From: Lentisphaeria bacterium
Lineage (GTDB): Bacteria; Verrucomicrobiota; Lentisphaeria; JABSQK01; JAWLHB01
Length of the DNA stretch: 45,643 bases
Assembly (NCBI GenBank): GCA_041690595.1
Contig: JAWLHB010000057.1
Location: 1-45,643, forward strand
Direction: 5' to 3'
Position 1 is the first letter of the stretch. Each line of letters opens with the position of its first letter. The position numbers were made by a program, and so were the translations under genes. The notes beneath the pieces were generated by a model that did not search any database, was not told the DNA's origin, and saw only the letters and a list, made by a program, of their open reading frames with translations. Shown piece after piece: positions 16,003 to 25,545 of the stretch.

Positions 16003-17238
16003 ATGAGTGATCGAGCAGTGATACGAGAGCTGGCCAGCCGCTATGCGGAGATCGCGGCAGCTCCGGAACAGGATGCGCGCCGGACGTTATGGCGGCAGGT
16101 CAACAGCCTGGAAGCGTCGCGGCCGGCGGTTCAGGTGGGTTACGGCATGTGGAACGTTTGGTGTCGGGAGGTCTTTGGAGATGCAACGCTCTCTTGCGGC
16201 GATCCATTCTGCCGGGGAATCGAGCGGGCCTTGCGGATGCAGCTCTTCCACGCGGAGATCGGGGACGATGCGGTCTTCAATCCCTGGTTCACGATCGGGG
16301 CGACACAGGCGCGCGGCTGGTCCAACCTCTGGGGCATCGAGATGCAGCACGAGAAGTCTCGGGACGAGGGGGGCGCCTGGCGATTCGATGCGGTGATCCG
16401 GGAGCCCGAGGATATCCGCAAGCTGTCAGCGCCGCCGCATGAGATCGACGAAGCGGCCACGGCGCGGGATGTGGAGCGGGCGAACGAGCTGATGGGGGAC
16501 ATTCTGCCGATCGACGTCAGCCGCAATCCGGTGTGCGCGGGATTTACGGCGGATATCTCGACGCATCTGGCGCAGCTTCGCGGTCTGGAGCAGCTCATGC
16601 TGGACATGTATGAACGGCCGGAGTGGCTGCATGGTCTGCTGGCCTTCATGCGTGATGGCATACTGGCCAATCAGGAGCAAGCGGAAGCGGCGGGGGATTG
16701 GAGCCTGACCGGGAGCTGCAATCAAGCTACCCCGTACTGCAAGGAGCTGGAGGCGCCCAAGCCCAACGCGGCTCCTCGTCAGCGCCGGGAGCTATGGGCG
16801 TTCTGCGCGGCGCAGGAGTTCACGGGAATCTCGCCGGCAATGCACGAGGAGTTTCTGCTGCGGTATCAGCGCCCGATCATGGAAGCCTTCGGTTTGAGCG
16901 CCTACGGGTGCTGCGAGGATCTGACGCGTAAGATCGAGATGTTGCGCAAGGTGAAGAACCTGCGGCGAATCGCGGTGACACCACGCGCGAACCTGGCTTC
17001 GTCGGTGGAGCAGATCGGCCGCGACTATGTGATCTCGTGGCGGCCGAACCCCACCAGCATGGTCTGTTGCGGCTTCGATCAGGAGAAGATCTCGCGGCAG
17101 CTCGGCGAAGGATTGCGGGTGGCTCGCGGCTGTCATCTGGATATAACGCTGAAAGATGTGGAGACGGTGGAAGGCGAACCGCAACGACTGAAGCGGTGGG
17201 TGCAACTGGTGCGCGAACAGATTGACCGGGTATGGTGA
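16003..17238 (+). CDS. Uroporphyrinogen-decarboxylase (URO-D)-family protein (non-heme context)
   Basis: 411 aa. Weak family-level resemblance from recall (…RIAVTPRANLASSVEQIGRDYVISWRPNP…). Low confidence in the family assignment. Confidence 0.45.
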   Translation: MSDRAVIRELASRYAEIAAAPEQDARRTLWRQVNSLEASRPAVQVGYGMWNVWCREVFGDATLSCGDPFCRGIERALRMQLFHAEIGDDAVFNPWFTIGATQARGWSNLWGIEMQHEKSRDEGGAWRFDAVIREPEDIRKLSAPPHEIDEAATARDVERANELMGDILPIDVSRNPVCAGFTADISTHLAQLRGLEQLMLDMYERPEWLHGLLAFMRDGILANQEQAEAAGDWSLTGSCNQATPYCKELEAPKPNAAPRQRRELWAFCAAQEFTGISPAMHEEFLLRYQRPIMEAFGLSAYGCCEDLTRKIEMLRKVKNLRRIAVTPRANLASSVEQIGRDYVISWRPNPTSMVCCGFDQEKISRQLGEGLRVARGCHLDITLKDVETVEGEPQRLKRWVQLVREQIDRVW

Positions 17239-19360
17239 TATGACTCCGCACGTGCTTGCCTTCACGGCGCCAGCGGCAAGCTGGCGCGATGGATTACCGA
17301 TTGGAAACGGGCGCCTGGCGGCGATGCTGACGGGCGGCGTACCCGAAGAGCGCATCAGCCTCAATCACGAGGAGCTTTGGCGCGGTGGCAGCGGGGAAGA
17401 GCCGGGGTGCTATCAGCCGGCAGGCGAGCTGCTGGTTCACGTGAGCGAAGCGGAGCTGGTGAACTATCACCGCGAGCTGAACCTGGAGCAGGGACTGGTG
17501 ACGGTGACGCACCAGGCGGGCGAGGCGCGGCTGAAACGGGAAGCGCTGGCGCATGCGGAGGCCGACATCATCGCCATGCGCATCGTGGCGGCTGGGCAGC
17601 GCACCTTTTCGTGCCAGTTGCGGCTGAAGCGCGCGACCATAAGTGGATGCACAACGACCTGCCAGACAACCGAGGCCGGCGCTGGAGCGGCTACGCTGGG
17701 CTGCAATGGGGCTTACGACGATGGCACCTGCCTCTCGATCCAGGCGCTGGTGATGGCTCCGAGCGGCATGCTGACGATCAAGGATGGGGTGATCAAGGTC
17801 GAGCGTTGCCACGAGGTGCTGGTTCTGCTGGCGATGCAGGTGGGCGAGAATGCGCAGGAGACGGAGCAGAAGGCGGCGGAGATGGTGGCGAAGGTGCTGA
17901 TGCGATACGATGGTCGGCAGGATCTGCTGTGGGACCGATTGCGCGGCGACCATGCCCTGAGCTGGCGCAATCTCTATGGCTGCAGCATGGTGCGGCTCGA
18001 CAGCAAGGCGCCTAACGCGACTCTGGCGGAGGCGATGAAGGCAGCCAGGAACACCTCTCCAGATCCGGCGCTGATGGCGTTGCTGTTCAATGTGGGCAAG
18101 TATCTGCTGATTGCCTCCAGCCAACGGGCAAGACTGCCGGTCGGCAGTTGGGGAAAATGGCTTTCGCGATCGGGTGCGGAAGGGGGCTGCCACAGCTATC
18201 GCCCCTACGACCTGCTGCCGATGACCTGCTGGCCGGCGGAGACTTGCGGGCTGGCGATGGCGAATCGTCTGCTGCTGGAGTTTGTCGAGCGACAGGGGGC
18301 AGGCGCCCGGCATGCGGCCAGGCGGCACCTGCAGAGCCGCGGCCTGCTCTTTGCCAGCCACGTCGATGGCCGGGGACGACCACAGCAGGTGGATGCGGCG
18401 GATGCGGGACTGGCCTGGCGGGTGCCCTTCCTCCTTCGCCAGCTCTGGCAACTCTGGGAATATGGCGGCGAGAAGCGCCTGCTGAAGGAGCATGTCTATC
18501 CGTTGCTCGAGCAGTCGGCCGCGTACTATGAGGATATTCTGGCGGCTTCGGGCGACGACCTCCTCGCTCCGCTGGCGGTTCTGCCGAAGGCCGAGCATTA
18601 TGTGCAGGTGTACGAAGCGCTCGAGCGGGCCATGCAGGCGGCCGAGGTGCTGGAGGTTGACGAGGCGTTGCGAAGTTGCTGGCGGCATCTCCATGCACGG
18701 CTGCCTGACTTGCAGGCACGGTTGGGAAACGGGATTGTCACACCGGGTCTGGATGCACTGCTGGCGATCTATCCGGGTATCGAGGATGAGCGGGAGGGGG
18801 AGAACTGGCCGGCGGTGGCGCTCCCGGTGGTGGAATGTGTCGAGGAGTGGCTGCGTGACGCACCGGCGGATGGCGTAGGCTGGGGATGGCTGGCACTCTG
18901 TTACGCGAGGCTGGCCGAAGGGAATCGGGCGCTCGACTGCCTGACGAAATTGACGCGGACCACGCTCTCCGCCTCGTTGCTGGGGCTGGGCGACCAGAGC
19001 GAACTTCTGGTGACGATCAACAGCGTCGCCACGATGGCGGTTGCCGAGATGCTGCTGCAGTCGCATGGAGAGCTCGTGCAGTTGCTGCCGGCGCTACCGG
19101 ACGCGTGGGAGGATGGGAGCTTTCAGAACCTTCGCGCCCGCGGCGGACTAACGATCGACCTGGAATGGGAAGGAGGCTTTCCGGTGCGGGGCAGAATCCG
19201 CACCACGACGGCCACCGCCTTGGTGCTCTCGACGCGCCGCTGGGACGTTCCGGAAGTCAGCATCGAAGGGGCGGAGCTGGCGCCAGAGGGCACGGCGAGC
19301 GACAGCGTCACCTTCATGCTGCCGGGGAAGAGCCTGGCGGATCTGAACTGGCTTGCGTAG
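17222..19360 (+). CDS. Glycoside hydrolase family 95-like (alpha-L-fucosidase-type) protein
   Basis: N-terminus …ASWRDGLPIGNGRLAAMLTGGVPEERISLNHEELWRGG… matches the GH95 N-terminal signature. 712 aa. Confidence 0.65.
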   Translation: MTGYGDMTPHVLAFTAPAASWRDGLPIGNGRLAAMLTGGVPEERISLNHEELWRGGSGEEPGCYQPAGELLVHVSEAELVNYHRELNLEQGLVTVTHQAGEARLKREALAHAEADIIAMRIVAAGQRTFSCQLRLKRATISGCTTTCQTTEAGAGAATLGCNGAYDDGTCLSIQALVMAPSGMLTIKDGVIKVERCHEVLVLLAMQVGENAQETEQKAAEMVAKVLMRYDGRQDLLWDRLRGDHALSWRNLYGCSMVRLDSKAPNATLAEAMKAARNTSPDPALMALLFNVGKYLLIASSQRARLPVGSWGKWLSRSGAEGGCHSYRPYDLLPMTCWPAETCGLAMANRLLLEFVERQGAGARHAARRHLQSRGLLFASHVDGRGRPQQVDAADAGLAWRVPFLLRQLWQLWEYGGEKRLLKEHVYPLLEQSAAYYEDILAASGDDLLAPLAVLPKAEHYVQVYEALERAMQAAEVLEVDEALRSCWRHLHARLPDLQARLGNGIVTPGLDALLAIYPGIEDEREGENWPAVALPVVECVEEWLRDAPADGVGWGWLALCYARLAEGNRALDCLTKLTRTTLSASLLGLGDQSELLVTINSVATMAVAEMLLQSHGELVQLLPALPDAWEDGSFQNLRARGGLTIDLEWEGGFPVRGRIRTTTATALVLSTRRWDVPEVSIEGAELAPEGTASDSVTFMLPGKSLADLNWLA

Positions 19361-19522
19361 AGCGGCTCTTCGATTGTGGGTGCCTGTCCACGGGGCGTGA
19401 GCACAAAGTGCATGGGGGCTCTTCCCATCGGCCGGAACTTCATCTACATTGATGTTTCAGCGGGGGCTTCACACTGACGACTCTCCCGGGATTGCCATCC
19501 CGCCATCCCCGCATCATACCGG

Positions 19523-21625
19523 ATGATGGAGAGTACAATGAGGGTTGGACAAGCAGGGGTAATCCTACTGTTGGCGGTGTGGCTGGGAGCAACGTCAATG
19601 GCGGACGAGAAGCGGCCCGCGCACCGGTTACCGGATGTTGTCGTGGAAGCGCCGGCCGAGGATGTCGGGACGGCTTCGCTTGGGGAAACGGAGGAGGAAG
19701 CCGGGCGTCACCTGAATCTGGGCAGCGCGATCGACGAGGTGCCCGGGGTGGCGACTGTCGTGCGCGGGGCCGGGGCAAATGAACCGGTGATCCGGGGGTT
19801 GGGCTGGGAACGGGTCAGCACCCAACTGGGAGAGCTGACGCTGCATGGGGCGTGCCCGTCGCGGATGGATCCGCCGCTCACCTACCTGCAGGGGAGCATG
19901 GCGGAGCGAATCGTTATCGTCAAGGCCTTGGATTCGGTGACGTACGGCCCTTTCAGCACGGGTGGCCGCATCATCGTCGATCCCTTCTATGAACGGGCGG
20001 ATTCCACGCAAAGCGAGTTCGGCGGTTGGCTGGCGGCCAGCTACGAGAGCAACCGGGATGGCAGTCGAGGGGAGTTGGGGCTGGAGGGCGGCTTTCCGAA
20101 TGTCGACCTGCGGCTGACGGCGGAAGGTCTCAACTATGACGACTACGAGAGCGCGGACGGCATCCGTGTACCGGCGACACGACGCACCGGCAGCACGTCG
20201 CTTTCGCTGGGTTGGGAACCGGTCGCGGATCACCGCTGGTCGCACTTCGTCACGTACGTGCAGGAAGACGCGGTGGAGTACCCCTCGCTGCCGATGAACC
20301 TTGACGAGAGCGAGTTTCTGGCTTACCTGACCCGCTACACCGTGCATGTCGATCGACCGGTGCTACAGCAGGTCGAGGTCACGCTGGGGGCTCAACGGGT
20401 GGATCATGTGATGAGCAACCGGGGCAAGCCCAACCGTGCGATCATGGAGGCAGAGACGCCCAGTGAAACGCGGTCACTGTCGGGGACGGCGAAGCTGCAT
20501 CTGGCGCTGTCGCCGGACGCGTTGCTGATCGCGGGGGTCGATGGCCGGTATCTGAGCCGGGACGCGCTGCGCACCCGCCACATGGTAAGCAGTGGCATGA
20601 CGATGCACGATCGTATCTGGCCGGACGCCACCCAGTGGGGGACGGGCGCGTTCGGGGAGCTGAATCTCGCCCTTACGGACAGGCTGGAACTGCGTGCCGG
20701 ATTGCGGGCGGACATGCTGCGCAGCGATGCCGCTGCCGCTGACACGCGGGGGCTTGGCGGAAAGACGATCCGGCAACACTACATCGACAACTATGGCCCT
20801 GACGCGGAAGATGTCAGCGACAATGAGCTGCTGGCCGGGGGCAATCTGCTGCTGACCTGGCGGCCGACGGAGGTCTGGAGTGCATACGGTGGCATCGGTT
20901 TTCATCCCCGTGCCGCCAGCGTCACCGAGCGATACTTTGCCTTCGCGCCAGCGCCGGGGGGCTACCTGATCGGTAACCCGTCGCTGGATGTCGAGGAGGA
21001 GGTGGAGATTGCGGGCGGGATGGAATGGACGAGTACCTGGCTGGACGTGAAGCTGGAGGCCTACCACAGTTGGGTCGACAACTATATCCTGCCGACGACT
21101 ATCGATCGACGCGATGTGAATGGGGACGGTACGCCGGATCTGGTGAAGGGCTACCGCAACGTCGACGCAGAGCTGTATGGGGGAGAGATCAGTCTGGTCG
21201 GGAAACTGGGTTCGCACTGGAGCCTGCCGTGCAGCGTGGCGCACGTGCGAGGCAGAAATGCGACGACGGGGGGAGATCTGCCGGAGATTCCCGCGCTGGA
21301 TGTGCGGGTGGCCGTGCGGGCAACAGGGGGCGAGGTGCGTCCCTGGTGGGTCGAGTTCGGAGCCCGGCTGGCGGACGAGCAGAAACGGGTTGACAACGCC
21401 TTTCCGGAAGACGAGACTCCCGGCTATACGCTCTTTCACCTGCGCGGCGCCTGGCAGATCAGCGATCATCTGACCGTGGAGGCAAGCGTGGAGAATCTCT
21501 TCGATGAAGCCTATCACGACCACCTCAGCCGCGAGGCGGCCATGGCGGCAGGTGATCTGGCTGCCGGTGATGAAGTACCATCCCCCGGCCGAAGCTTCTA
21601 CGCCGGACTCATCTACCGATTCTGA
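19523..21625 (+). CDS. TonB-dependent outer-membrane receptor
   Basis: Signal peptide, plug-domain motifs (DVVVEA…, RGLGWERVSTQLGELT), 700 aa, and a C-terminal aromatic residue (…GLIYRF). Confidence 0.8.
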   Translation: MMESTMRVGQAGVILLLAVWLGATSMADEKRPAHRLPDVVVEAPAEDVGTASLGETEEEAGRHLNLGSAIDEVPGVATVVRGAGANEPVIRGLGWERVSTQLGELTLHGACPSRMDPPLTYLQGSMAERIVIVKALDSVTYGPFSTGGRIIVDPFYERADSTQSEFGGWLAASYESNRDGSRGELGLEGGFPNVDLRLTAEGLNYDDYESADGIRVPATRRTGSTSLSLGWEPVADHRWSHFVTYVQEDAVEYPSLPMNLDESEFLAYLTRYTVHVDRPVLQQVEVTLGAQRVDHVMSNRGKPNRAIMEAETPSETRSLSGTAKLHLALSPDALLIAGVDGRYLSRDALRTRHMVSSGMTMHDRIWPDATQWGTGAFGELNLALTDRLELRAGLRADMLRSDAAAADTRGLGGKTIRQHYIDNYGPDAEDVSDNELLAGGNLLLTWRPTEVWSAYGGIGFHPRAASVTERYFAFAPAPGGYLIGNPSLDVEEEVEIAGGMEWTSTWLDVKLEAYHSWVDNYILPTTIDRRDVNGDGTPDLVKGYRNVDAELYGGEISLVGKLGSHWSLPCSVAHVRGRNATTGGDLPEIPALDVRVAVRATGGEVRPWWVEFGARLADEQKRVDNAFPEDETPGYTLFHLRGAWQISDHLTVEASVENLFDEAYHDHLSREAAMAAGDLAAGDEVPSPGRSFYAGLIYRF

Positions 21626-21660
21626 CCGCCGCGGAAGCATGGGCCACGAACTTGAGGGGC

Positions 21661-22674
21661 TTAGACCGCTTTTACGGGGACGAGCCGACGGAAGGCGTCG
21701 AGGACGTCTTTGGTGCCTTGGCCAAGGACGGCACAGACGGGATAGATGTCGAGAGAGGCGACGGCGCGAAGTCGTTCGAGATTCTCGGCGGCTCCTGCCT
21801 CGTCCATCTTGTTGGCGATAATGATGGCGGGGCGCTTGCTGAGTCCTTCCTGATAGGCTTCGAGTTCGAACTGCAGGTCGACCAGATCCTGTAGGGGGTC
21901 GCGATCGTCGGTGCCTGCCATGTCGAGGACATACGCGAGGGCGTGCGTTCTCTCGATATGACGCAGAAAGTCATGGCCGAGGCCGACATTGCGGTGAGCG
22001 CCAAGGACAAGGCCGGGAATGTCGGCGATCATCAAGCGGGCAAAATCCTCATACTCGACCATGCCGACATGGGGAGTGACCGTGGTGAAGGGATAGGCGC
22101 CGGTTTCGGGATCGGCATTGGTGGTGGCGCCAAGAAAGGTGGACTTGCCGGCATTTGGATAGCCAACAAGGCCGATATGGGCAATGATCTTGAGTTCGAG
22201 CTCGAGTTCGACTTCTTCGCCGGGGGTGCCGGGATCGCTGCGGCGGGGGGCGCGATTGACGCTGCTGACAAAGCGGAGGTTGCCGCGGCCGCCACGACCA
22301 CCTTTCGCGGCGATGAAACGCTGGCCGATATCGTCGAGGTCGACCAGAAGGCGGCGTTCACCATCGGGAAGGATTTCCTTGATCACGGTGCCGACAGGAA
22401 CGGGGACGACGATGTCGGCACCCCGCTTGCCATGGCACTGCGACCCCATGCCATGCTGGCCATTGTCAGCTTCGTAGTGTGGCATGTATCTGAGGGCGAT
22501 GAGACTCTGTTCGTTGCGGGTTGCTTCGAAGATGACGCTGCCGCCATCGCCGCCATCGCCGCCATCGGGTCCGCCTTTGGGGACGAACTTTTCGCGCCGG
22601 AAGCTGACGCAGCCGCTGCCGCCATTGCCGCCTCGAATCTTGATTTCAACACGATCGACAAAGAACTGACTCAC
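21661..22674 (-). CDS. obg: GTPase Obg/CgtA
   Basis: N-terminal Obg fold with Gly-rich repeats (FVDRVEIKIRGGNGGSGCVSFRREKFVPKGGPDGGDGG). G1 box GYPNAGKST. Confidence 0.9.
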   Translation of the reverse strand: MSQFFVDRVEIKIRGGNGGSGCVSFRREKFVPKGGPDGGDGGDGGSVIFEATRNEQSLIALRYMPHYEADNGQHGMGSQCHGKRGADIVVPVPVGTVIKEILPDGERRLLVDLDDIGQRFIAAKGGRGGRGNLRFVSSVNRAPRRSDPGTPGEEVELELELKIIAHIGLVGYPNAGKSTFLGATTNADPETGAYPFTTVTPHVGMVEYEDFARLMIADIPGLVLGAHRNVGLGHDFLRHIERTHALAYVLDMAGTDDRDPLQDLVDLQFELEAYQEGLSKRPAIIIANKMDEAGAAENLERLRAVASLDIYPVCAVLGQGTKDVLDAFRRLVPVKAV

Positions 22675-23588
22675 TTTCGTGCCTCGGGTGCGCCGGCAAT
22701 TTCCTCGGCATCCATGGTGGGTAAACTGACATCGTTGAAGTCACTGCCGTCGCGAGCGCGCCGTCCACCGGCGATCATGACGCGGCCGATGTCGGGGTCA
22801 CGGATCAGACGGGGGATGGGTAGCTCGGGCTCGACAATGTAATGGGCCTCTTCCTTGAGGGTGCCGTCGACGTCGAAGGCGTAATGGCTGAAGAGACGCG
22901 GCTGGGTCTGGGTAAAGAAGTGAATGTGACTGCGCGCGTCGACTTCGATCTGCGGCGCGACGCCGCGAACATGCGGGGCCAGCCGCCGCAGGGAGTAGAC
23001 GAAGTCTTCGTCGCGGATGAAGAGGTAGTAGAGCTGGCTCTTGTCGGCCTGGAAGATATTAACGCTGACATGGCGGAAGGGGATGTCGTCTCCAGAGCCG
23101 GGAACGCCGATATCACGCTCCCATTTGACCAAGCCTTCGCCGATCTTGATCTGGATGGGTGTAGAGATGTAATCGTGGCGCATACGCGGGTGATGGATGC
23201 GGACTTCGATCCGGTAGAAGCCGGTGCGGGAAAACTTGTAGAATTCGTTGATGGGAACAAGGACGGACTTGTTGATGCCGGGAGGCAGAATCAGGCCATT
23301 GGCCGCGTTGAGATAGGCGGGCTCGCGATCATTGGGCGCGGAAGGCATGGTGAGCTTCACGCCCTGAGGGTCGGTGACGTAAATACGGATATAAGCTTCG
23401 GCATCTTCGCCGCTGCCAAAGGCAAGATTGTTGCCGGAATTGTTCTGCAGGGTGATTTTGAGCATGATCTCTTCATAGCGGATATAGAGATGGCGATCGG
23501 TCTCCACATTGATGGTGACCTGGCCGACCGCGGTGAAGGCTCCGGCCAAGGTAATAACCAGCAGAGGAAGAAGACGGAATGATCTCAT
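22671..23588 (-). CDS. Secreted hypothetical protein
   Basis: 305 aa with an N-terminal signal peptide (MRSFRLLPLLVITLAGAFTAVGQ). 4-nt overlaps with both neighbours. Confidence 0.5.
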   Translation of the reverse strand: MRSFRLLPLLVITLAGAFTAVGQVTINVETDRHLYIRYEEIMLKITLQNNSGNNLAFGSGEDAEAYIRIYVTDPQGVKLTMPSAPNDREPAYLNAANGLILPPGINKSVLVPINEFYKFSRTGFYRIEVRIHHPRMRHDYISTPIQIKIGEGLVKWERDIGVPGSGDDIPFRHVSVNIFQADKSQLYYLFIRDEDFVYSLRRLAPHVRGVAPQIEVDARSHIHFFTQTQPRLFSHYAFDVDGTLKEEAHYIVEPELPIPRLIRDPDIGRVMIAGGRRARDGSDFNDVSLPTMDAEEIAGAPEARK

Positions 23589-24633
23589 GAGGGAATCTCC
23601 GGTTTGATCAAGTACTCGACTATATGCCCGCTGACGCGCTCCGGCGAGATGACATCATCGCGGCACAGCTGCCTCGGGAGCGGACACACACGATGGAAAC
23701 ATGGTGAACACTCCACATTGGAACGAAAGACATGATGCCCAGCCCCATAGGGTCCGGTGCGTGTTGCATCGGTTGGACCGAAAAGAGCCACGGTTGGTAT
23801 TTCCATCGCGGCTGCAACGTGCATCGGTCCACTGTCGTTGGTCAACAACATAGCGCTTCGACGCAAAAGTGCAAGCATGGTGGGCAGACTGGTGCGTCCC
23901 ATGAGGTTGGCGACGTTGGGGCCGGCCTCCGCGACTATACGCTCTCCGACCTGCCGCTCTTCGGAGCTGCCAAGCAGCCAGCAGACGACGCGACGGTCGC
24001 TCTGTTGAACGATCCGATCGATGCTTTCCACGAAGAAGCTTTCGGGCCAGGTCTTGCTGACCCATCGTGATGCGGGGGCGACTGCGAGGAGCAGTTGATC
24101 ATCGCGAAGGGCAAGCTCGCGGAGCAGACGATCCGCCTCGTTCGCCACGGATTCGCTCTCGCGGAAGGTGGCAGGCTGGTAGTCGAGTTCGATCTCCAGC
24201 GCGGCACTGGCTACGTGCAGATTTCGCTCGACTGCATGGCGTCGCTGGGCGGGAACGCGTACGGCTTCATGATAGAAGACGGAGGCGAACTCACGGGCAT
24301 CGGCAAAGCCGACCTTGCGAGGAGCCTTGGCGAAGAAGGTGCAAAGACCGCTGCGAAAGAGTCCCTGCAGGTCGATGACGAGATCGAACTGGCGCCGATG
24401 CAGGTCGCGGAGGAAGCGCCAGAGGTCGCCCGCATGCCGCAGCTGATTCCATTCGTGGCGTTTGAAGAGGATGATGTCGTCCACCTCCCGGCACTGCTCG
24501 AGGAGCGTGCAGAGGGAATCGTTGACGAGCCAGGTCACCCGTGCGGCGGGCACTTTTTTTTTAGGCTTGCCGCGACGGGCAGGGCATGGCAGATATCACC
24601 GAGGCTGCTTGGCTTGACGATAAGCACGTGCAT
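23585..24633 (-). pseudogene. GT9 ADP-heptose:LPS heptosyltransferase, disrupted by a +/-1 frameshift inside a poly(A)9 tract at 24554-24562
   Basis: The N-terminal 27 aa (MHVLIVKPSSLGDICHALPVAASLKKK) are in one frame, ending at a stop at 24535. The rest (…PAARVTWLVNDS… onward, 322 aa) is in the +2 frame. One extra A would restore a continuous ORF. Confidence 0.75.
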
Positions 24634-24640
24634 GGCAGCA

Positions 24641-25366
24641 TCAGGTTCCCTTTTCGAGGCGCAGGGCGAGCCGCTCAGGGAGACCGCACTTGATGATCTT
24701 CTCCTGGGCCTTCTTGATGTCGTAGGGGATGCGATGGAGGGTGATGAGGTTCTCTTCGGTGTCGAAAACGACAAAGGCGGAGCGCCAGTCGCCATCACGT
24801 GGCTGACCGACACTGCCCACGTTGACGAGGTACTTGTGGCCGGCCTGAACGCGGATTTCCTTGTACTTGCCGCCCTGGATGGAACCGAACTTCTCGAAAG
24901 CGAGAGGAACGTGGGAATGGCCACAGAAGCAGATCTGGGAAAACTGGTAGCTGAAACTGGCGCCGGCGGAGTGCTTGTCAAAGATGTATCCCCAGCGTCG
25001 GGGACTGTCGAGCGTGGCATGGACGAGGGTGATCTTGCCGAGCTGCAGGGAGAGCTTGAGAGAGCCGAGCCAGCGTCGCTGCTCATCGGTAAGCTGCTTT
25101 CGGGTCCATTCGATGGCAAATGCCGCCTGGGGATTGAATCCGACGAGGTCGGTGTCTTCGGAAGCCATTTCGTCATGGTTGCCCATGGTAACGCCGGCCA
25201 TGGGGAGCTGTTTGATCAGCTCGACGCATTCACCTGGATTGGCGTTGTAACCGACGATGTCGCCAATGCACAAGTACTTGTCCACCCCATTCTTCTCGCA
25301 TTGTTCGACGACCGTCTCCAGCGCTTCCAAGTTGGCGTGAATATCCCCTAAGACAGCGTATCTCAT
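24641..25366 (-). CDS. Calcineurin-like metallophosphoesterase
   Basis: MRYAVLGDIHANLEALE…GNHD…GHSH motifs. The start was moved to the internal ATG at 25366, because the upstream part of track ORF 24641..25651 has no family similarity. Confidence 0.7.
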   Translation of the reverse strand: MRYAVLGDIHANLEALETVVEQCEKNGVDKYLCIGDIVGYNANPGECVELIKQLPMAGVTMGNHDEMASEDTDLVGFNPQAAFAIEWTRKQLTDEQRRWLGSLKLSLQLGKITLVHATLDSPRRWGYIFDKHSAGASFSYQFSQICFCGHSHVPLAFEKFGSIQGGKYKEIRVQAGHKYLVNVGSVGQPRDGDWRSAFVVFDTEENLITLHRIPYDIKKAQEKIIKCGLPERLALRLEKGT

Positions 25367-25545
25367 GAAGGTGTCCCTGAGTTTTTCCGTAAATTGCGTT
25401 CCAGGATGGGGCCCGGCACCTGAGAATCCAGAACAATGGCAGTTAGAAAGTATAGTCGGTTTCCCCTGAAGTGCAACAAGACCGACAGGCGAATTTTGAA
25501 AATAGCGTGAGGCTGCAAAGGCTGCCCTCAAGCTGATGGCATGTA

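Noticed and set aside
19361-19522. Possible cobalamin or other riboswitch upstream of the TonB-dependent receptor
   Set aside because: No B12-box or other recognisable riboswitch core could be found by eye. Left uncalled.
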